Shown here: in pieces, positions 53,081 to 63,959 of the stretch
How the letters are laid out: every line of letters starts with the position of its first letter
How positions within the stretch are numbered: position 1 is the stretch's first letter
Assembly (NCBI GenBank): GCA_963793425.1
Contig: CAWCAG010000005.1
Coordinates: forward strand, 832,001 to 896,000
From: an uncultured cyanobacterium
GTDB lineage: Bacteria > Cyanobacteriota > Cyanobacteriia > Cyanobacteriales > CAWCAG01
Direction: 5' to 3'
DNA: 64,000 nucleotides
Position numbers and translations under genes: made by a program
The notes under the pieces: model-generated
What the model saw: only the letters and a program-made list of their open reading frames with translations
What the model was told of the DNA's origin: nothing
The model's database searches: none

Positions 53081-56000
53081 ATGATTCCTCTGCAACTCAC
53101 CTTAAAAAACTTCCTCAGCTATCGTGAAGCAACCCTAGATTTTCGGGGGTTGCATACAGCTTGTATTTGCGGTGCTAATGGTGCTGGAAAATCTTCTTTG
53201 TTAGAAGCAATTACTTGGGCTGTTTGGGGGCAAAGTCGTACAGCTAGCGAAGATGATACCATCAACGCTGGGGCCAAAGATGTACGAGTTGATTTTACCT
53301 TCATTTCTAATCAACAAACCTATCGGGTAATTCGTTCTCGCACTAGGGGGAGAAGCGCTTCTCTTGATTTTCAGGTGGAGAGTACAGGAGGGTTCCGTTC
53401 CTTAAATGCTAAGGGAATGCGGGCCACACAGCAAGAAATTATTGCTCATTTAAAATTAGATTACGATACTTTTGTTAATTCTGCCTATTTGCGTCAGGGG
53501 AGGGCCGATGAGTTTATGTTACGTCGTCCCAATGAGAGAAAGCAAATTTTAGCTGATTTGTTGAAGTTAGATCGCTATGAAGAATTAGCGGAACAGGCAA
53601 AGGGTTTTTCTAAGCAACTGAAAGGACAAGCAGAACAATTACAACAAAGTTTACAACCTCTCCAAGAACAGTTAGGAGAAAAGGCAGCTTTAGTTGAGGA
53701 AAAGGCTAAGGTAGCGAAAGAAATTAAGCAACTGCAACAGCTACAGGAACAGGATCACGAAAAGTTACAGCAATTAGAAAAGTTGCAAAATCAACGGCAA
53801 ACTTGGCAACAGCAATTTAGTTGGCAACAAACCCAGTACCAAAATGTCTCTCAAGACTGCGATCGCACGGTTAAGGAGAAGGAGGCTTTACAAGGACAAA
53901 TACAGGGTTTACAGAGGTTGCTGGGGCAAGAAGAGGAGATTAAACAAGGATATCAACACCTTTTACAATTACAAAAAGAAGAAGAACTTTTCAGCAGCAA
54001 GTTTCAAGCTTATCAAGATGCCCAACAAAGAAAGCAGCAATTAGGGCAGGAGTTGGCACAACAAACCAATCAATTAAGTTTGCAACTTAGCCAGTATGAA
54101 ACTAAATTAGAGACTTTGTTGCAACAGGAAAGAGAGTTGCAAGAAGTTCTCAGCCACAGCCAGGAAGTTGCAGTTGCCCTAACACAACTAAATAAATGCC
54201 GTCAGCGTTTGCGACAACTAGATGAGTTGCAACTCCAGGTTTCTCCTTTGCTACAGAGGCGCAACAACTTACAAATGGAATTAGAACGGGTGGAAGCCAG
54301 GTTAAATGCAAGGTTAGAACAGTTGAGTAATTTGCGGGGAGAACTTCAGGTTAAAGTTAATCAAGTTCCTCAAACACAGCAACAGATTCTGACAGTTGAG
54401 GCAGAGATTAAGCAGTTAGATAATAAAAAGATTCATCAGCAAAGGGTTGAGGAGAAGGGAAATGACCAAAAAAGTTTTCAAGAACGTTTTCAAGAACAGC
54501 AACGCTTATTGCAAAGGGATTTAGGAGAGTTGCAACAAAAGTTGGAGATGTTGCAAACCCCAGGGGCAGTTTGTCCTTTATGCGAACAAGATTTGGATGA
54601 TCATTATCGTCAGCGAGTAGTCAGCAAAACCGAAGCACAGCAGCAGGAAATTCAGGACAAATGTTGGGTATTGCGAGAACAAATGGCTACCTGTGAGAGA
54701 GAATTACAAGGCTTGCGGGTAGAATATGCACAGCTAAGAAAGGAGATGTCTCCTTACAATAATTTATTACAACAAAAAGGACAATTAGAAGCACAGTTAG
54801 AAAATACTGGGCAAGTGCAGCAGAGACTGTTAGCCATTAATGCGGAAACAGCAGAGATTGAACGTTCTTTGGCTGTGGGAAATTATGCTCTAGAGTTACA
54901 CGCAGAGTTAGAGAATTTGCAACGAAAAATTGCCTCTCTTAATTATGATGAACAAACTCACGCTTTAGCAAGGGGAGAAGTAGAAAACTATCGCTGGGCA
55001 GAAATTAAACAAGCGAAGTTGGAGGATGCTAGCAAAAGGCAAGGACAGTTACAAACCCAAAGACCCCAACTAGAAGGGCAAATAGTTAAGGGGAAAAGGG
55101 CTATTGAGGAGTTGCGGCAAACTTCCCCGTTGCAACAGGAAATTAACCTGGTGGAACAGTATATTAAGGAGTTGGGTTATGAGCGATCGCACCATAATCA
55201 AATTATGACTGCGGTGAGGCAAGCAAATGGCTGGCAACTACGCTACCAACAACTGCAACAGGGACAACAGCAATATCCCCAATTAGAAGATCAATCACAA
55301 CAATTGCAACAACGCCTAGAAATGCGTTTGCAGGATCAAGAAACTGTAGGAAATCAGTTAAAAGAATTGCAGGTACAAATGTCTCAGAATCCTGATTATA
55401 GCCAAGAAATACAGGCATTGCAACACCAAGTTCTCCAGGTAAGAAGAAGACAATTAGACCAACTTTTAGCCCAACAGGGAAGCCACGAACAAAGGCTAGT
55501 TCAAATAGATAGCTTAGACCAACAATATCAAGCCACAGAAACTAAGTTAGCAGAAATTAAAAAACAATATCGAGTTTATCAAGAACTTGCCCAAGCTTTT
55601 GGTAAAAAAGGTATTCAAGCTTTGATGATTGAAAATATTTTACCTCAATTAGAAGCCCAAACTAACCAAATCTTAGCCCGTTTAACGGGGAACCAATTAC
55701 ACGTACAGTTTTTAACCCAAAGAGCATCTAAAAGTAGCAAATCTAAACGTAAAACTACAAAAATGATTGATACTTTAGATATCTTAATTGCTGATGCGAG
55801 GGGAACTCGCCCCTATGAAACCTATTCTGGGGGGGAAGGATTTCGCATCAACTTTGCCATCCGTTTAGCCTTAGCGAGATTACTGGCTCAAAGGGCTGGG
55901 ACTTCTTTACAAATGCTAATTATAGATGAAGGTTTCGGTACTCAAGATGCAGAAGGATGTGAAAGATTAATTGCGGCTATTAATGCGATCGCCGCCGATT

Positions 56001-56110
56001 TTTCTTGTATTTTAACTGTTACCCATATGCCCCAATTCAAAGAAGCTTTTCAAACTCGCATTGAGGTGAGCAAAACCAACCAAGGTTCTCAGTTGTTGCT
56101 TTCTAGCTGA
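53081..56110 (+). CDS. sbcC: SbcC exonuclease subunit (SMC-like)
   Basis: GANGAGKSS, CPLC zinc hook, YSGGE, IIDEGFG. Confidence 0.95.
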   Translation: MIPLQLTLKNFLSYREATLDFRGLHTACICGANGAGKSSLLEAITWAVWGQSRTASEDDTINAGAKDVRVDFTFISNQQTYRVIRSRTRGRSASLDFQVESTGGFRSLNAKGMRATQQEIIAHLKLDYDTFVNSAYLRQGRADEFMLRRPNERKQILADLLKLDRYEELAEQAKGFSKQLKGQAEQLQQSLQPLQEQLGEKAALVEEKAKVAKEIKQLQQLQEQDHEKLQQLEKLQNQRQTWQQQFSWQQTQYQNVSQDCDRTVKEKEALQGQIQGLQRLLGQEEEIKQGYQHLLQLQKEEELFSSKFQAYQDAQQRKQQLGQELAQQTNQLSLQLSQYETKLETLLQQERELQEVLSHSQEVAVALTQLNKCRQRLRQLDELQLQVSPLLQRRNNLQMELERVEARLNARLEQLSNLRGELQVKVNQVPQTQQQILTVEAEIKQLDNKKIHQQRVEEKGNDQKSFQERFQEQQRLLQRDLGELQQKLEMLQTPGAVCPLCEQDLDDHYRQRVVSKTEAQQQEIQDKCWVLREQMATCERELQGLRVEYAQLRKEMSPYNNLLQQKGQLEAQLENTGQVQQRLLAINAETAEIERSLAVGNYALELHAELENLQRKIASLNYDEQTHALARGEVENYRWAEIKQAKLEDASKRQGQLQTQRPQLEGQIVKGKRAIEELRQTSPLQQEINLVEQYIKELGYERSHHNQIMTAVRQANGWQLRYQQLQQGQQQYPQLEDQSQQLQQRLEMRLQDQETVGNQLKELQVQMSQNPDYSQEIQALQHQVLQVRRRQLDQLLAQQGSHEQRLVQIDSLDQQYQATETKLAEIKKQYRVYQELAQAFGKKGIQALMIENILPQLEAQTNQILARLTGNQLHVQFLTQRASKSSKSKRKTTKMIDTLDILIADARGTRPYETYSGGEGFRINFAIRLALARLLAQRAGTSLQMLIIDEGFGTQDAEGCERLIAAINAIAADFSCILTVTHMPQFKEAFQTRIEVSKTNQGSQLLLSS

Positions 56111-56658
56111 TACTTTAAAACAATAATGTGACGGTGAGAACGACGAATAAACCCTTCTTCTTCAAACTGATTCAGTAATTTTGTTATGGTTACTCTCGTT
56201 GTACCGATTGCTTCTGCAAGTTCTTGATGAGTTAAGCGTAAATCAACTAGCAGCCCATCCCTATTTTCGCAACCAAATTTGTGACTTAACCAAAGCAAAA
56301 ACTGTTGCAAACGATTGTAAATTCTTGGGGTGCGTACAATGGCGAGAATTTCTTGGCTTTGTTGAGCATGGCGACAAATTTGCTCAGCAATGCAATACCA
56401 ACGCTGGCAAGGGATACCATAAGCTTCTACTGGGGTTAAACACTGAATCTGCTGGGGATCTTTGGTGATAGATAAAGGTTTACCAACTAAATCTCCTCTT
56501 CCCCAATAACCTAGGGTAATTAAATTTCCTTGCTCATTCCAAGTGAAGCTTTTGACAGTACCCTCTTTGATCGACCAGAGAATATCGGTTTTCAAAGGGA
56601 TTAACTGTTGAGGATTGAATTTGTGAATGTTGTAATTGACGTTTAGGGTACGTTGCAT
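56089..56658 (-). CDS. Crp/Fnr-family transcriptional regulator
   Basis: LRLTHQELAEAIGTTRVTITKLL HTH. Confidence 0.92.
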   Translation of the reverse strand: MQRTLNVNYNIHKFNPQQLIPLKTDILWSIKEGTVKSFTWNEQGNLITLGYWGRGDLVGKPLSITKDPQQIQCLTPVEAYGIPCQRWYCIAEQICRHAQQSQEILAIVRTPRIYNRLQQFLLWLSHKFGCENRDGLLVDLRLTHQELAEAIGTTRVTITKLLNQFEEEGFIRRSHRHIIVLKYQLESNN

Positions 56659-56894
56659 AGTTATTTAAGAGGATTGTTAGGGTGATCAAGGCATAAGCAG
56701 AAAGTTTTTGTAGAAGATCCTGAATAGCTTCTTAAGTTGCACTCTCCCTCCACAAAAATTAATAAAAATGTTTTTCATTTACCTTAACTCATAGTGTATG
56801 CTATTTTGAGAATTAATGAATATCTTTCTCAATAAGCTTGACGGAGGTTCAACCAATTTAGACATAATTGTCCTTGGAACACTTGATATCATCA

Positions 56895-56909
56895 ATGATT
56901 GCCAATCAT
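56895..56909. promoter_or_regulatory. 7-1-7 palindrome, possible Fur-type operator upstream of the flavodoxin relic
   Basis: ATGATTG-C-CAATCAT; a second IR TTGAGAA..TTCTCAA at 56806-56832. Confidence 0.4.
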
Positions 56910-57067
56910 AGCGAACCTAAAAGCTTATCAATCAGTATTGGCAATAGGTTTCATTAATAACCTGACCTTATTTGTCGGTTTCAGGTTTGAGAAAAAGAAG
57001 AAAGGGGAGTGAGAACAAAGAATCTATCTCAATCTCCCCCGAAATTACACTAACTTAGGAGTATATC

Positions 57068-57274
57068 ATGACAACAATCGGCCTTTTCGTTGGCAGCACT
57101 ACTGGTAAAACAGAAGCAGCAGCAGAAGAAATTCAAGCAGCATTGGGTGGCGAGGATGTGGTTACAATCCACGAAATTTATGAAGTGGAAGATAGTGACT
57201 TTGAGTTACTTCTATCCTCGCCAAGTAGGACGGAAAATTATTGGTTTTTGGCAAAGTTTGGCTTCTTTAAATGA
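57068..57274 (+). pseudogene. isiB: Truncated flavodoxin (IsiB-like N-terminus only)
   Basis: AGGAG RBS; MTTIGLFVGSTTGKTE..GGEDVVTIHEI..SDFE then similarity stops at ~57205; no GxPTW motif. Confidence 0.8.
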
Positions 57275-57302
57275 AGAAGAAGTGTATAGCATTTCTGTTT
57301 AA

Positions 57303-57369
57303 AGTGCATCCTGTAAGGTTCTAAAACAGTTAATTGATAATCTGTACTTAACCTTTATAAGGATGCACT
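57303..57369. repeat. Intergenic inverted repeat
   Basis: AGTGCATCCT..AAGGTT / AACCTT..AGGATGCACT. Confidence 0.6.
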
Positions 57370-57387
57370 CTGACTCAACAACTTTAA

Positions 57388-57909
57388 CTACTTTTGTATA
57401 TAACGAGAAGCCATCTGCATTGCATCTGCCATATCAACATCCCCATCTCCATCAGCATCTAAAAAAGTGCCGAGGACAGAGTTAGATCCTTGGGGATTAT
57501 TGCTACTAGCGCCAGTTTTGAGGAAATTCAGTACTAAGGGTACTAACATTGGCAACATACCTTTAATCATATTGGCGTTTAAACCTGTTCTTGATTCAAT
57601 TTCTTGGATCATTTGTTGAAGTTGGGGGGCATTAAAGAGCATTTGCACAGCTTGATTACTGGGCTGAGTACCGCTAAACTGATTAACTAAGGCCCTTGTC
57701 TGGTCTTCCCCTTGATTACTACGCTTTTCTTGTAAGGAAGAGCGTACAAACTTACCTACAACTGACATAGCAGATTGAACTTGGGAAGCATCTGCCCCTT
57801 GGCTATTACTAAGTTGCTGTACCGTACCGAGAATATTAGCAAGCTGTCCTGAACTTGCTTCGCGATCAGGACTTTCAAGGGCGCTAAGGACAGTGTTAAA
57901 AAGACTCAT
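57388..57909 (-). CDS. DUF937-like protein with C-terminal EF-hand-like loop
   Basis: LDADGDGDVDMAD. Confidence 0.8.
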   Translation of the reverse strand: MSLFNTVLSALESPDREASSGQLANILGTVQQLSNSQGADASQVQSAMSVVGKFVRSSLQEKRSNQGEDQTRALVNQFSGTQPSNQAVQMLFNAPQLQQMIQEIESRTGLNANMIKGMLPMLVPLVLNFLKTGASSNNPQGSNSVLGTFLDADGDGDVDMADAMQMASRYIQK

Positions 57910-58049
57910 GGAAATTCTCCTTTATTTAAGTCAGTAATCTCAATTGTAATCGCCTGCTTCAATTAATTGGATGGTATTATTTGGGGAAAACAGGCTTTAG
58001 TAATTCGCCCTTGACCTTTTACCAGTCAATTTTTAATTGACAAACCCCT

Positions 58050-59447
58050 GTGCTTTGTATAGATGAGTTATTGAACTTAGAACTATTTCAAAAACTACCT
58101 CAAGAGAGGTTGGAATGGGCTTGCGATCGCGGTGAAACAATTGAGTTGCCCAAAGGAGAATATCTGATTAAGGAAGGAGAGTCTCCACGGGGCTTTTTTA
58201 TCCTGGTTTGCGGTAGAGTTAGTATTACTCGCCACAGTGAAGGGGTGGAAATGCCCATCGGACAACATGATTCCCCTAGCTTCTTTGGGGAGATTCAGGT
58301 ATTAACAGAAGAACCCTATGGGGTTAGCTTACGGGCTTTAAATGATTGTCACCTTTACGAAATATCTGGGGAAGACTTCCGTACCCTACTCCATGAATGT
58401 CGAGATTTTGAACGCAGAGTTTTTCGGGTTGTTCAAACTAGGTTGCAAGGTTTGGAATCTTTTTTACGTAATCGTGAGAAAATGGCTGCTTTGGGTACTT
58501 TAAGTGCAGGGTTGGCCCATGAATTGAATAATCCTGCCGCCGCTTTGGTTAGAGCATTGAAAGATGTGATGCCGGCTTTGAGGGAATTAGAACGGATGAA
58601 TTTAGTTTATGGGCAACGTAACATAGATGAAGCCCATACCCAGAAATGGCAACAATTGCGCGATCGCGGTTATGAAAATCTTGCGAATAATGGGCTAGAT
58701 CCTTTAACTTTGAGCCAACGGGAAGATGAATTATTAGATTGGTTAGAAGATTATGGGGTAGAAAAGCCTTGGAATCTTTCTGAACCTTTAGCCTTGGGGG
58801 GCATAGAAGTTGCAACCCTCAAAGAAATGATGGAACCCTGGCGCAACGATAGGACGGAATTGAGAGATCAAGGTATACGTTGGCTAGCCCTTTCTTTTGA
58901 GGTGATGGTAGCAATTCAAAATGGTTTGCAAGGGGCAGAACATATTTCTGAATTGGTACAGTCAATGAAATCATACACCTATTTAGATCGAGGTCCGCAG
59001 CAAGTTGTTGACGTGTGTGCAGGTCTTGAGGATACCCTACGGCTATTTTGTCACAAAATTAAGCAAGGTATCGAAGTTCGTCGCTGCTACACGAACAACT
59101 TACCAAAAATTATGGGCTATGGCAGTGAACTTAATCAAGTTTGGACTAGTTTAATTGATAATGCTATCGATGCTATAGAGGGAACAGGGGTTTTAGAAGT
59201 CAAAACTGATGGTGATGGTAGCTATGCCATCGTAGAAATTATTGACTCAGGCAAGGGCATTTCCCCAGAGATTCAATCTCGTGTTTATGAACCTTTTTTC
59301 ACAACCAAAGAAGTTGGTCAAGGTTCAGGGTTAGGATTAGATGCAGTGAGGCGTATTGTGGAAAATCGCCATCAAGGAACAATTTCTTTTGATTCTCAAC
59401 CAGGAAAGACTTGCTTTAGGGTTTGTTTACCGATGGCTAATGGCTAA
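58050..59447 (+). CDS. cNMP-binding domain histidine kinase
   Basis: cNMP domain (FFGEI), AHELNNP H-box, DNAIDA, GSGLGL. Confidence 0.93.
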   Translation: MLCIDELLNLELFQKLPQERLEWACDRGETIELPKGEYLIKEGESPRGFFILVCGRVSITRHSEGVEMPIGQHDSPSFFGEIQVLTEEPYGVSLRALNDCHLYEISGEDFRTLLHECRDFERRVFRVVQTRLQGLESFLRNREKMAALGTLSAGLAHELNNPAAALVRALKDVMPALRELERMNLVYGQRNIDEAHTQKWQQLRDRGYENLANNGLDPLTLSQREDELLDWLEDYGVEKPWNLSEPLALGGIEVATLKEMMEPWRNDRTELRDQGIRWLALSFEVMVAIQNGLQGAEHISELVQSMKSYTYLDRGPQQVVDVCAGLEDTLRLFCHKIKQGIEVRRCYTNNLPKIMGYGSELNQVWTSLIDNAIDAIEGTGVLEVKTDGDGSYAIVEIIDSGKGISPEIQSRVYEPFFTTKEVGQGSGLGLDAVRRIVENRHQGTISFDSQPGKTCFRVCLPMANG

Positions 59448-59506
59448 TGGCTAATTGTCTTACATCGGGGTTAGGTATTGCTATCAGCAAGCATCTATTA
59501 GCATCT

Positions 59507-61960
59507 ATGAAGAAAAAATTAGGATACGATTATCAAGTCGGCGGAAGTCTGCCGGGGGATTCTTTAACCTATATAGTTCGACAAGCAGACTCGGAACTTT
59601 TTGAAAATACTATAGCAGGGCAGTTTTGTTATATCCTCAACTCTCGGCACATGGGCAAATCCTCTTTGCGGGTGCGGACAATGAAGAAGCTAGGAACAAA
59701 CGGTGTTGCCTGTGGAGTGGTGGATCTGACAGCTATTAGCAGACAAGATATTAATGAAGAACAATGGTATGCTAGCATCACCTATACCATAGCTAGTAGT
59801 TTCCAGCTTTTGGAGAGTTTTCCTTTGCCAGATTGGTGGTGCGATCGCAAGTATCTTTCTCCAGGAAGGCGTTTAGAGGCTTTTATTCGTGATGTCCTCC
59901 TCACAAGAGTAGAACATAACATTGTTCTGTTCGTAGACGAAATTGATACTATTCTTAACTTACCTTTTCCGGTAGATGACTTCTTTGCTTTGATTCGTAA
60001 CTGTTATGAAAGGCGAACTATCAACAATCGCTATCAACGTCTAACGTGGGTACTTTTAGGAGTTGCTAATCCCTCAGAACTCATTACAGATAAAAGTCGT
60101 AACCCTTTTGATGTTGGGCGAGAAATCTCTTTAACGGGGCTTGAATTAGAATCTAGTCAAGTTTTAGCCCCAGGATTAGCCCCTCAAACCAAGCATCCTC
60201 AAGCTGTATTAAAAGAGATTTTAGCCTGGACAGGGGGGCAGCCCTTTTTAACGCAAAAGTTATGTCAATTAGTTCGACAAACTAATAAAGTTATTCCCTT
60301 TAATCAAGAAGCTAAATGGATTGCAGAATTAGTTAGTAGCCAGATTATTGATAATTGGGAAACTCAAGATGAACCCGAACATTTACGTTCTATTCGTGAT
60401 CGTCTTTTAGGAAGTCCTCACAAAAAATCTCTCCTTCATCTTTACCAAAAAATCCTACGTTACGGGGAAATTCCTGCTGAAGATACCACAGAACAAATGG
60501 AGTTATGTTTGTCTGGTTTGGTGGTTAAGCATCAGGAAGGAAAACTTTATGCCCATCCTATATTAAGAATAGATAATCCTATTTATCAAGCAGTTTTTAA
60601 TGCTAGTTGGTTAGAACATAAGTCAGGAACTTTAACCCCTTCTCTTGCTATCAACAGTCATATTTCTGATGAACAAAAGTTATATGACCGCTTACTTAAC
60701 TGGGTACAAAAAGAATCACCTCTCAAAACTATTGAACGCTTTCGCCAGTTATTTATTTACGGTCGTTCTCATCAAGATCAAGATATTGCTTTAACTTTAC
60801 ATAAAATCATCTTTTCTCAACGTCGAGAACGACAGTTTAAATATATTATCAATCGTTGCTGTCGCATTTTAATTAACCATTGGCAAATTCATTCTGCAAA
60901 ATCAGCAATTCCTAGTTTATTAGCTTTATTAAAAGGAGTACCTCGCCCAGAAGAAATCAATCACAGCAACTCCCAAGTTATTAAACGCTTACAGCAAATC
61001 AGAAATCTATTCGCCAATAGCGAAGAATATCAACTTTTACACAGCTTGTTTGTTGAGCCAGTTATTTATGAAGTTGTAGCTGAATTTAAAAACCAAGCAG
61101 AACAAGAAATTTTGCAAGTTTGGTTGTTACTTAATCCTCCTGTTATTCATCACAGCGAAGTTGAAAGTATACCTTTAAAAACCTGTCTTTATCGCTATCC
61201 TTATCTTTATAGCCATTATTGGCTAAAGCAGAAATCTTATGAAGAACAACAGCAATTAATTCAACAAATACAAGGAGATAGACAAAGGAAATTTGCTCTT
61301 GACTTACACAAGTATGCTAATACTTTAAAAACGCAAAAAAGTCAACCTGAAATTGCTAATCCTACTCTTTTAAGTAACCAAAAACTATCTTTAGCACTTA
61401 AGCAATTTTCCGGGAAAGTAGAAGGTGCTTATAGCTATCGAGATTTAGCTAATATTTTTACTCAGCAACTTAATCAAACAACCTATTATGGGGACTTCAA
61501 AAAATCTTTATACGAATATTTGATTACTACCGTAGAACCAGTTTATGGACAACATAGATTTAATCAACGTTTGCTTAAGCATTTACAAAATACTTCTCCG
61601 GAACGGAATGAGCAAATATTAACAGACTCTTTACTAACTCAAACTTGCTGCAATTTGGTTGATTTTTTAGTAGAAAGTCCTCATAATCCTAATTATCTTT
61701 ACTTCGTAGATTTAATTACCAACTTAGGTAATCTCGAAGCCATGGGGCTATTGCTAAAAATCATTCTTCTGTGTGGGCGCGCTAAACCGACTTTAGAAAA
61801 GCGCTTTGCCATTATTTTCAACCATTATGAATCTCAAACCATTAATGAAACAAAATGGTTTGTCGATACCTTGGAAAATTTCAATGTAGCTTTGGTGACT
61901 AATTTTAGTGCGGTGGATTTGTTCTTTATTGAGGATAATAGAATAGGAAAGAGTAAATAG
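59507..61960 (+). CDS. AAA-like (AAA_35-type) ATPase fused to a helical domain
   Basis: YQVGGSL..YIVRQAD, SRHMGKSS, FVDEID, WTGGQPFLTQKLC. Confidence 0.88.
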   Translation: MKKKLGYDYQVGGSLPGDSLTYIVRQADSELFENTIAGQFCYILNSRHMGKSSLRVRTMKKLGTNGVACGVVDLTAISRQDINEEQWYASITYTIASSFQLLESFPLPDWWCDRKYLSPGRRLEAFIRDVLLTRVEHNIVLFVDEIDTILNLPFPVDDFFALIRNCYERRTINNRYQRLTWVLLGVANPSELITDKSRNPFDVGREISLTGLELESSQVLAPGLAPQTKHPQAVLKEILAWTGGQPFLTQKLCQLVRQTNKVIPFNQEAKWIAELVSSQIIDNWETQDEPEHLRSIRDRLLGSPHKKSLLHLYQKILRYGEIPAEDTTEQMELCLSGLVVKHQEGKLYAHPILRIDNPIYQAVFNASWLEHKSGTLTPSLAINSHISDEQKLYDRLLNWVQKESPLKTIERFRQLFIYGRSHQDQDIALTLHKIIFSQRRERQFKYIINRCCRILINHWQIHSAKSAIPSLLALLKGVPRPEEINHSNSQVIKRLQQIRNLFANSEEYQLLHSLFVEPVIYEVVAEFKNQAEQEILQVWLLLNPPVIHHSEVESIPLKTCLYRYPYLYSHYWLKQKSYEEQQQLIQQIQGDRQRKFALDLHKYANTLKTQKSQPEIANPTLLSNQKLSLALKQFSGKVEGAYSYRDLANIFTQQLNQTTYYGDFKKSLYEYLITTVEPVYGQHRFNQRLLKHLQNTSPERNEQILTDSLLTQTCCNLVDFLVESPHNPNYLYFVDLITNLGNLEAMGLLLKIILLCGRAKPTLEKRFAIIFNHYESQTINETKWFVDTLENFNVALVTNFSAVDLFFIEDNRIGKSK

Positions 61961-62024
61961 GAAACAATGCACAATAGCTTATGGAGCGATCGCAATTAGC
62001 TTATGATTATTAGGAATTGCTATA

Positions 62025-62137
62025 TATAGCTTTTCTCGGACTCATGAGGTATGTTTGGTCTATTTCCATCTTCCCAGTAGCAAAAGCGCAAAAACCGGAA
62101 TCTAGGCCGTACCTCACGCTTACTAAGAATTGCTATA
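62025..62137. mobile_element. MITE-like element with TATAGC..GAGGTA / TACCTC..GCTATA ends
   Basis: Imperfect terminal inverted repeats; a second GAATTGCTATA end immediately upstream. Confidence 0.6.
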
Positions 62138-62162
62138 CCAAGTGTGACAAATTTTTAGCTAC

Positions 62163-63470
62163 TTGTTGAGATTTAGCACAATGCTGAAATTGATGAAGCA
62201 AAAGAACTTTAAAAAAAAAGCTTATATTATTGCCTTATTTCTCATTACTTTACAGTTGAGTTTACTATTTATTTTATCTCAAAATTGGCCAGTAACCTTA
62301 AACCTTTTAGTACCAGATTCTTCCATTCCCTATCAAGAATTTATCCAGGAGTTTGAGGCTCAACATCCACGTATTCATATTAAACTTATTGTCGCACCAG
62401 GACAAAGCAATGCTATTGCTATCACCGACGACATAGAAGCTAGCTATCGTAATGTTTTTGGAACTAGTAACGGTTCTCCTTTTGATTTAATTTATTTGGA
62501 TGTCATTTTAGTAGAAGAATTTGCTCAAAAAGGTTGGCTAAAAGATATTAATAGTGTTACCTCTCCTCGCCAGTTAGAACAATTTCAAAAAAACTTCCGT
62601 CCTTTAGATTGGCAAGGTGGAGTTTATCAAAACAAACAGTACCGCATTCCCTTCTTTTCAGGAGTAGGTATGCTTTTCTATCGAGAAGATTTATTGGCAG
62701 CAAAGAAAGTTCCTCAAACCTTCAATGAATTACTAACCGTAGGTAAAGAAGTACAAAATCCTCAAGCAAGTTTGTGGGGCTATGCTTGGCAAGGAAAACA
62801 GTATGAAGGGTTAGTAGCAATGTTCGTTGAACTTCTGCAAGGTTATGGTGGTTTTTGGCTTAATCCTGAAACCAAGGAAGTAGGATTAGATCAACAAGCT
62901 GCTTTACAAGCAGCACAGTTTTTGCGGCAACTAAAACAAATTTCTCCACCAAATATTACTACTTATGATGAGACTAAAGCCTTACAAACATTCCTACAAG
63001 GAAAAGCGGTTTTCTTACGGAATTGGCCCTATGCTTTGAAAGAAATAGATGCTTCGATTTATAAAGGCAAAGTAAAAGTGATGCCCTTAGTAACTCAAAC
63101 AGGGCAAAATAGGACAGGTTGTCTCGGTGGTTGGGGATTTGGTATTGCTAAAAATAGTAAACATCCTCAAGAAGCATGGCAAGCAATTCAGTTTTTCACT
63201 AAAGAGAGTAGTCAAAGAAAGCTATTTATTGAAACAGGTTTTATACCCAGTTATCAAAATCTTAATGTGGGCAGATTAGCCCAAGACAACTTAAATACCC
63301 TAGAATCAATAGCTACTAATGCTGTTAACCGTCCCCAAATTCCCGAATATAAACAAGCAAGCAAAATCTTACAAGCTTATCTCCATAAAGTATTAACTAG
63401 TGAAGAAAATATTACTAAACTTATGAGTGATGCAGCGAAAGAAACTCGCGAGTTATTAAGTAATAAGTAA
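62163..63470 (+). CDS. Sugar ABC transporter substrate-binding protein
   Basis: FEAQHP, LFYREDLL, WQGKQYEGL, FLRNWPY, LGGWGFGI. Confidence 0.92.
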   Translation: MLRFSTMLKLMKQKNFKKKAYIIALFLITLQLSLLFILSQNWPVTLNLLVPDSSIPYQEFIQEFEAQHPRIHIKLIVAPGQSNAIAITDDIEASYRNVFGTSNGSPFDLIYLDVILVEEFAQKGWLKDINSVTSPRQLEQFQKNFRPLDWQGGVYQNKQYRIPFFSGVGMLFYREDLLAAKKVPQTFNELLTVGKEVQNPQASLWGYAWQGKQYEGLVAMFVELLQGYGGFWLNPETKEVGLDQQAALQAAQFLRQLKQISPPNITTYDETKALQTFLQGKAVFLRNWPYALKEIDASIYKGKVKVMPLVTQTGQNRTGCLGGWGFGIAKNSKHPQEAWQAIQFFTKESSQRKLFIETGFIPSYQNLNVGRLAQDNLNTLESIATNAVNRPQIPEYKQASKILQAYLHKVLTSEENITKLMSDAAKETRELLSNK

Positions 63471-63533
63471 TAAGTAATAGGTAATAGGTAAAGCTTAGTT
63501 TTGTTTAATCTTCAATGATAAATATTTAATAAT

Positions 63534-63959
63534 TCATCTGTCGCCTATTTCTGCTAATTCTCTGCCGCCGAAAATTGCTTCGTAATGGCGATAGAATTTA
63601 AACTCTAGTAAATTGTGAAAAGGATCTGCTAAAAAGAAAGTTCTGTGTTCTGTTAGTTGTCCGGGGAAACGATGTTTTGCAGCTTGATAAAAGTTTAACT
63701 CCATTTCCTGAGCCTTAGCGAGGAGGTTTTCCCAATCTGCTTCTTCAGGGAAAATTAGACCGAAATGGCGAGGATAAACACCTTTTTGGGGTTGTAGGGG
63801 TTCTTTTGTCATATGGGCAACTACTTGATGCCCATAGAAATTAAATATTACCGCATTAATGCTTTCACGGCCGATTTCGCAACCTAAACAATCAGCATAG
63901 AAAGCCTTAGCTTTAGCAAGATCATTGATGGGAATTGCTAGGTGAAAAATAGCTGTCAT
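63534..63959 (-). CDS. VOC/glyoxalase family protein
   Basis: FHLAIP..FYADCLG..FYGHQ..HFG..DPFHNLLEFK. Confidence 0.92.
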   Translation of the reverse strand: MTAIFHLAIPINDLAKAKAFYADCLGCEIGRESINAVIFNFYGHQVVAHMTKEPLQPQKGVYPRHFGLIFPEEADWENLLAKAQEMELNFYQAAKHRFPGQLTEHRTFFLADPFHNLLEFKFYRHYEAIFGGRELAEIGDR

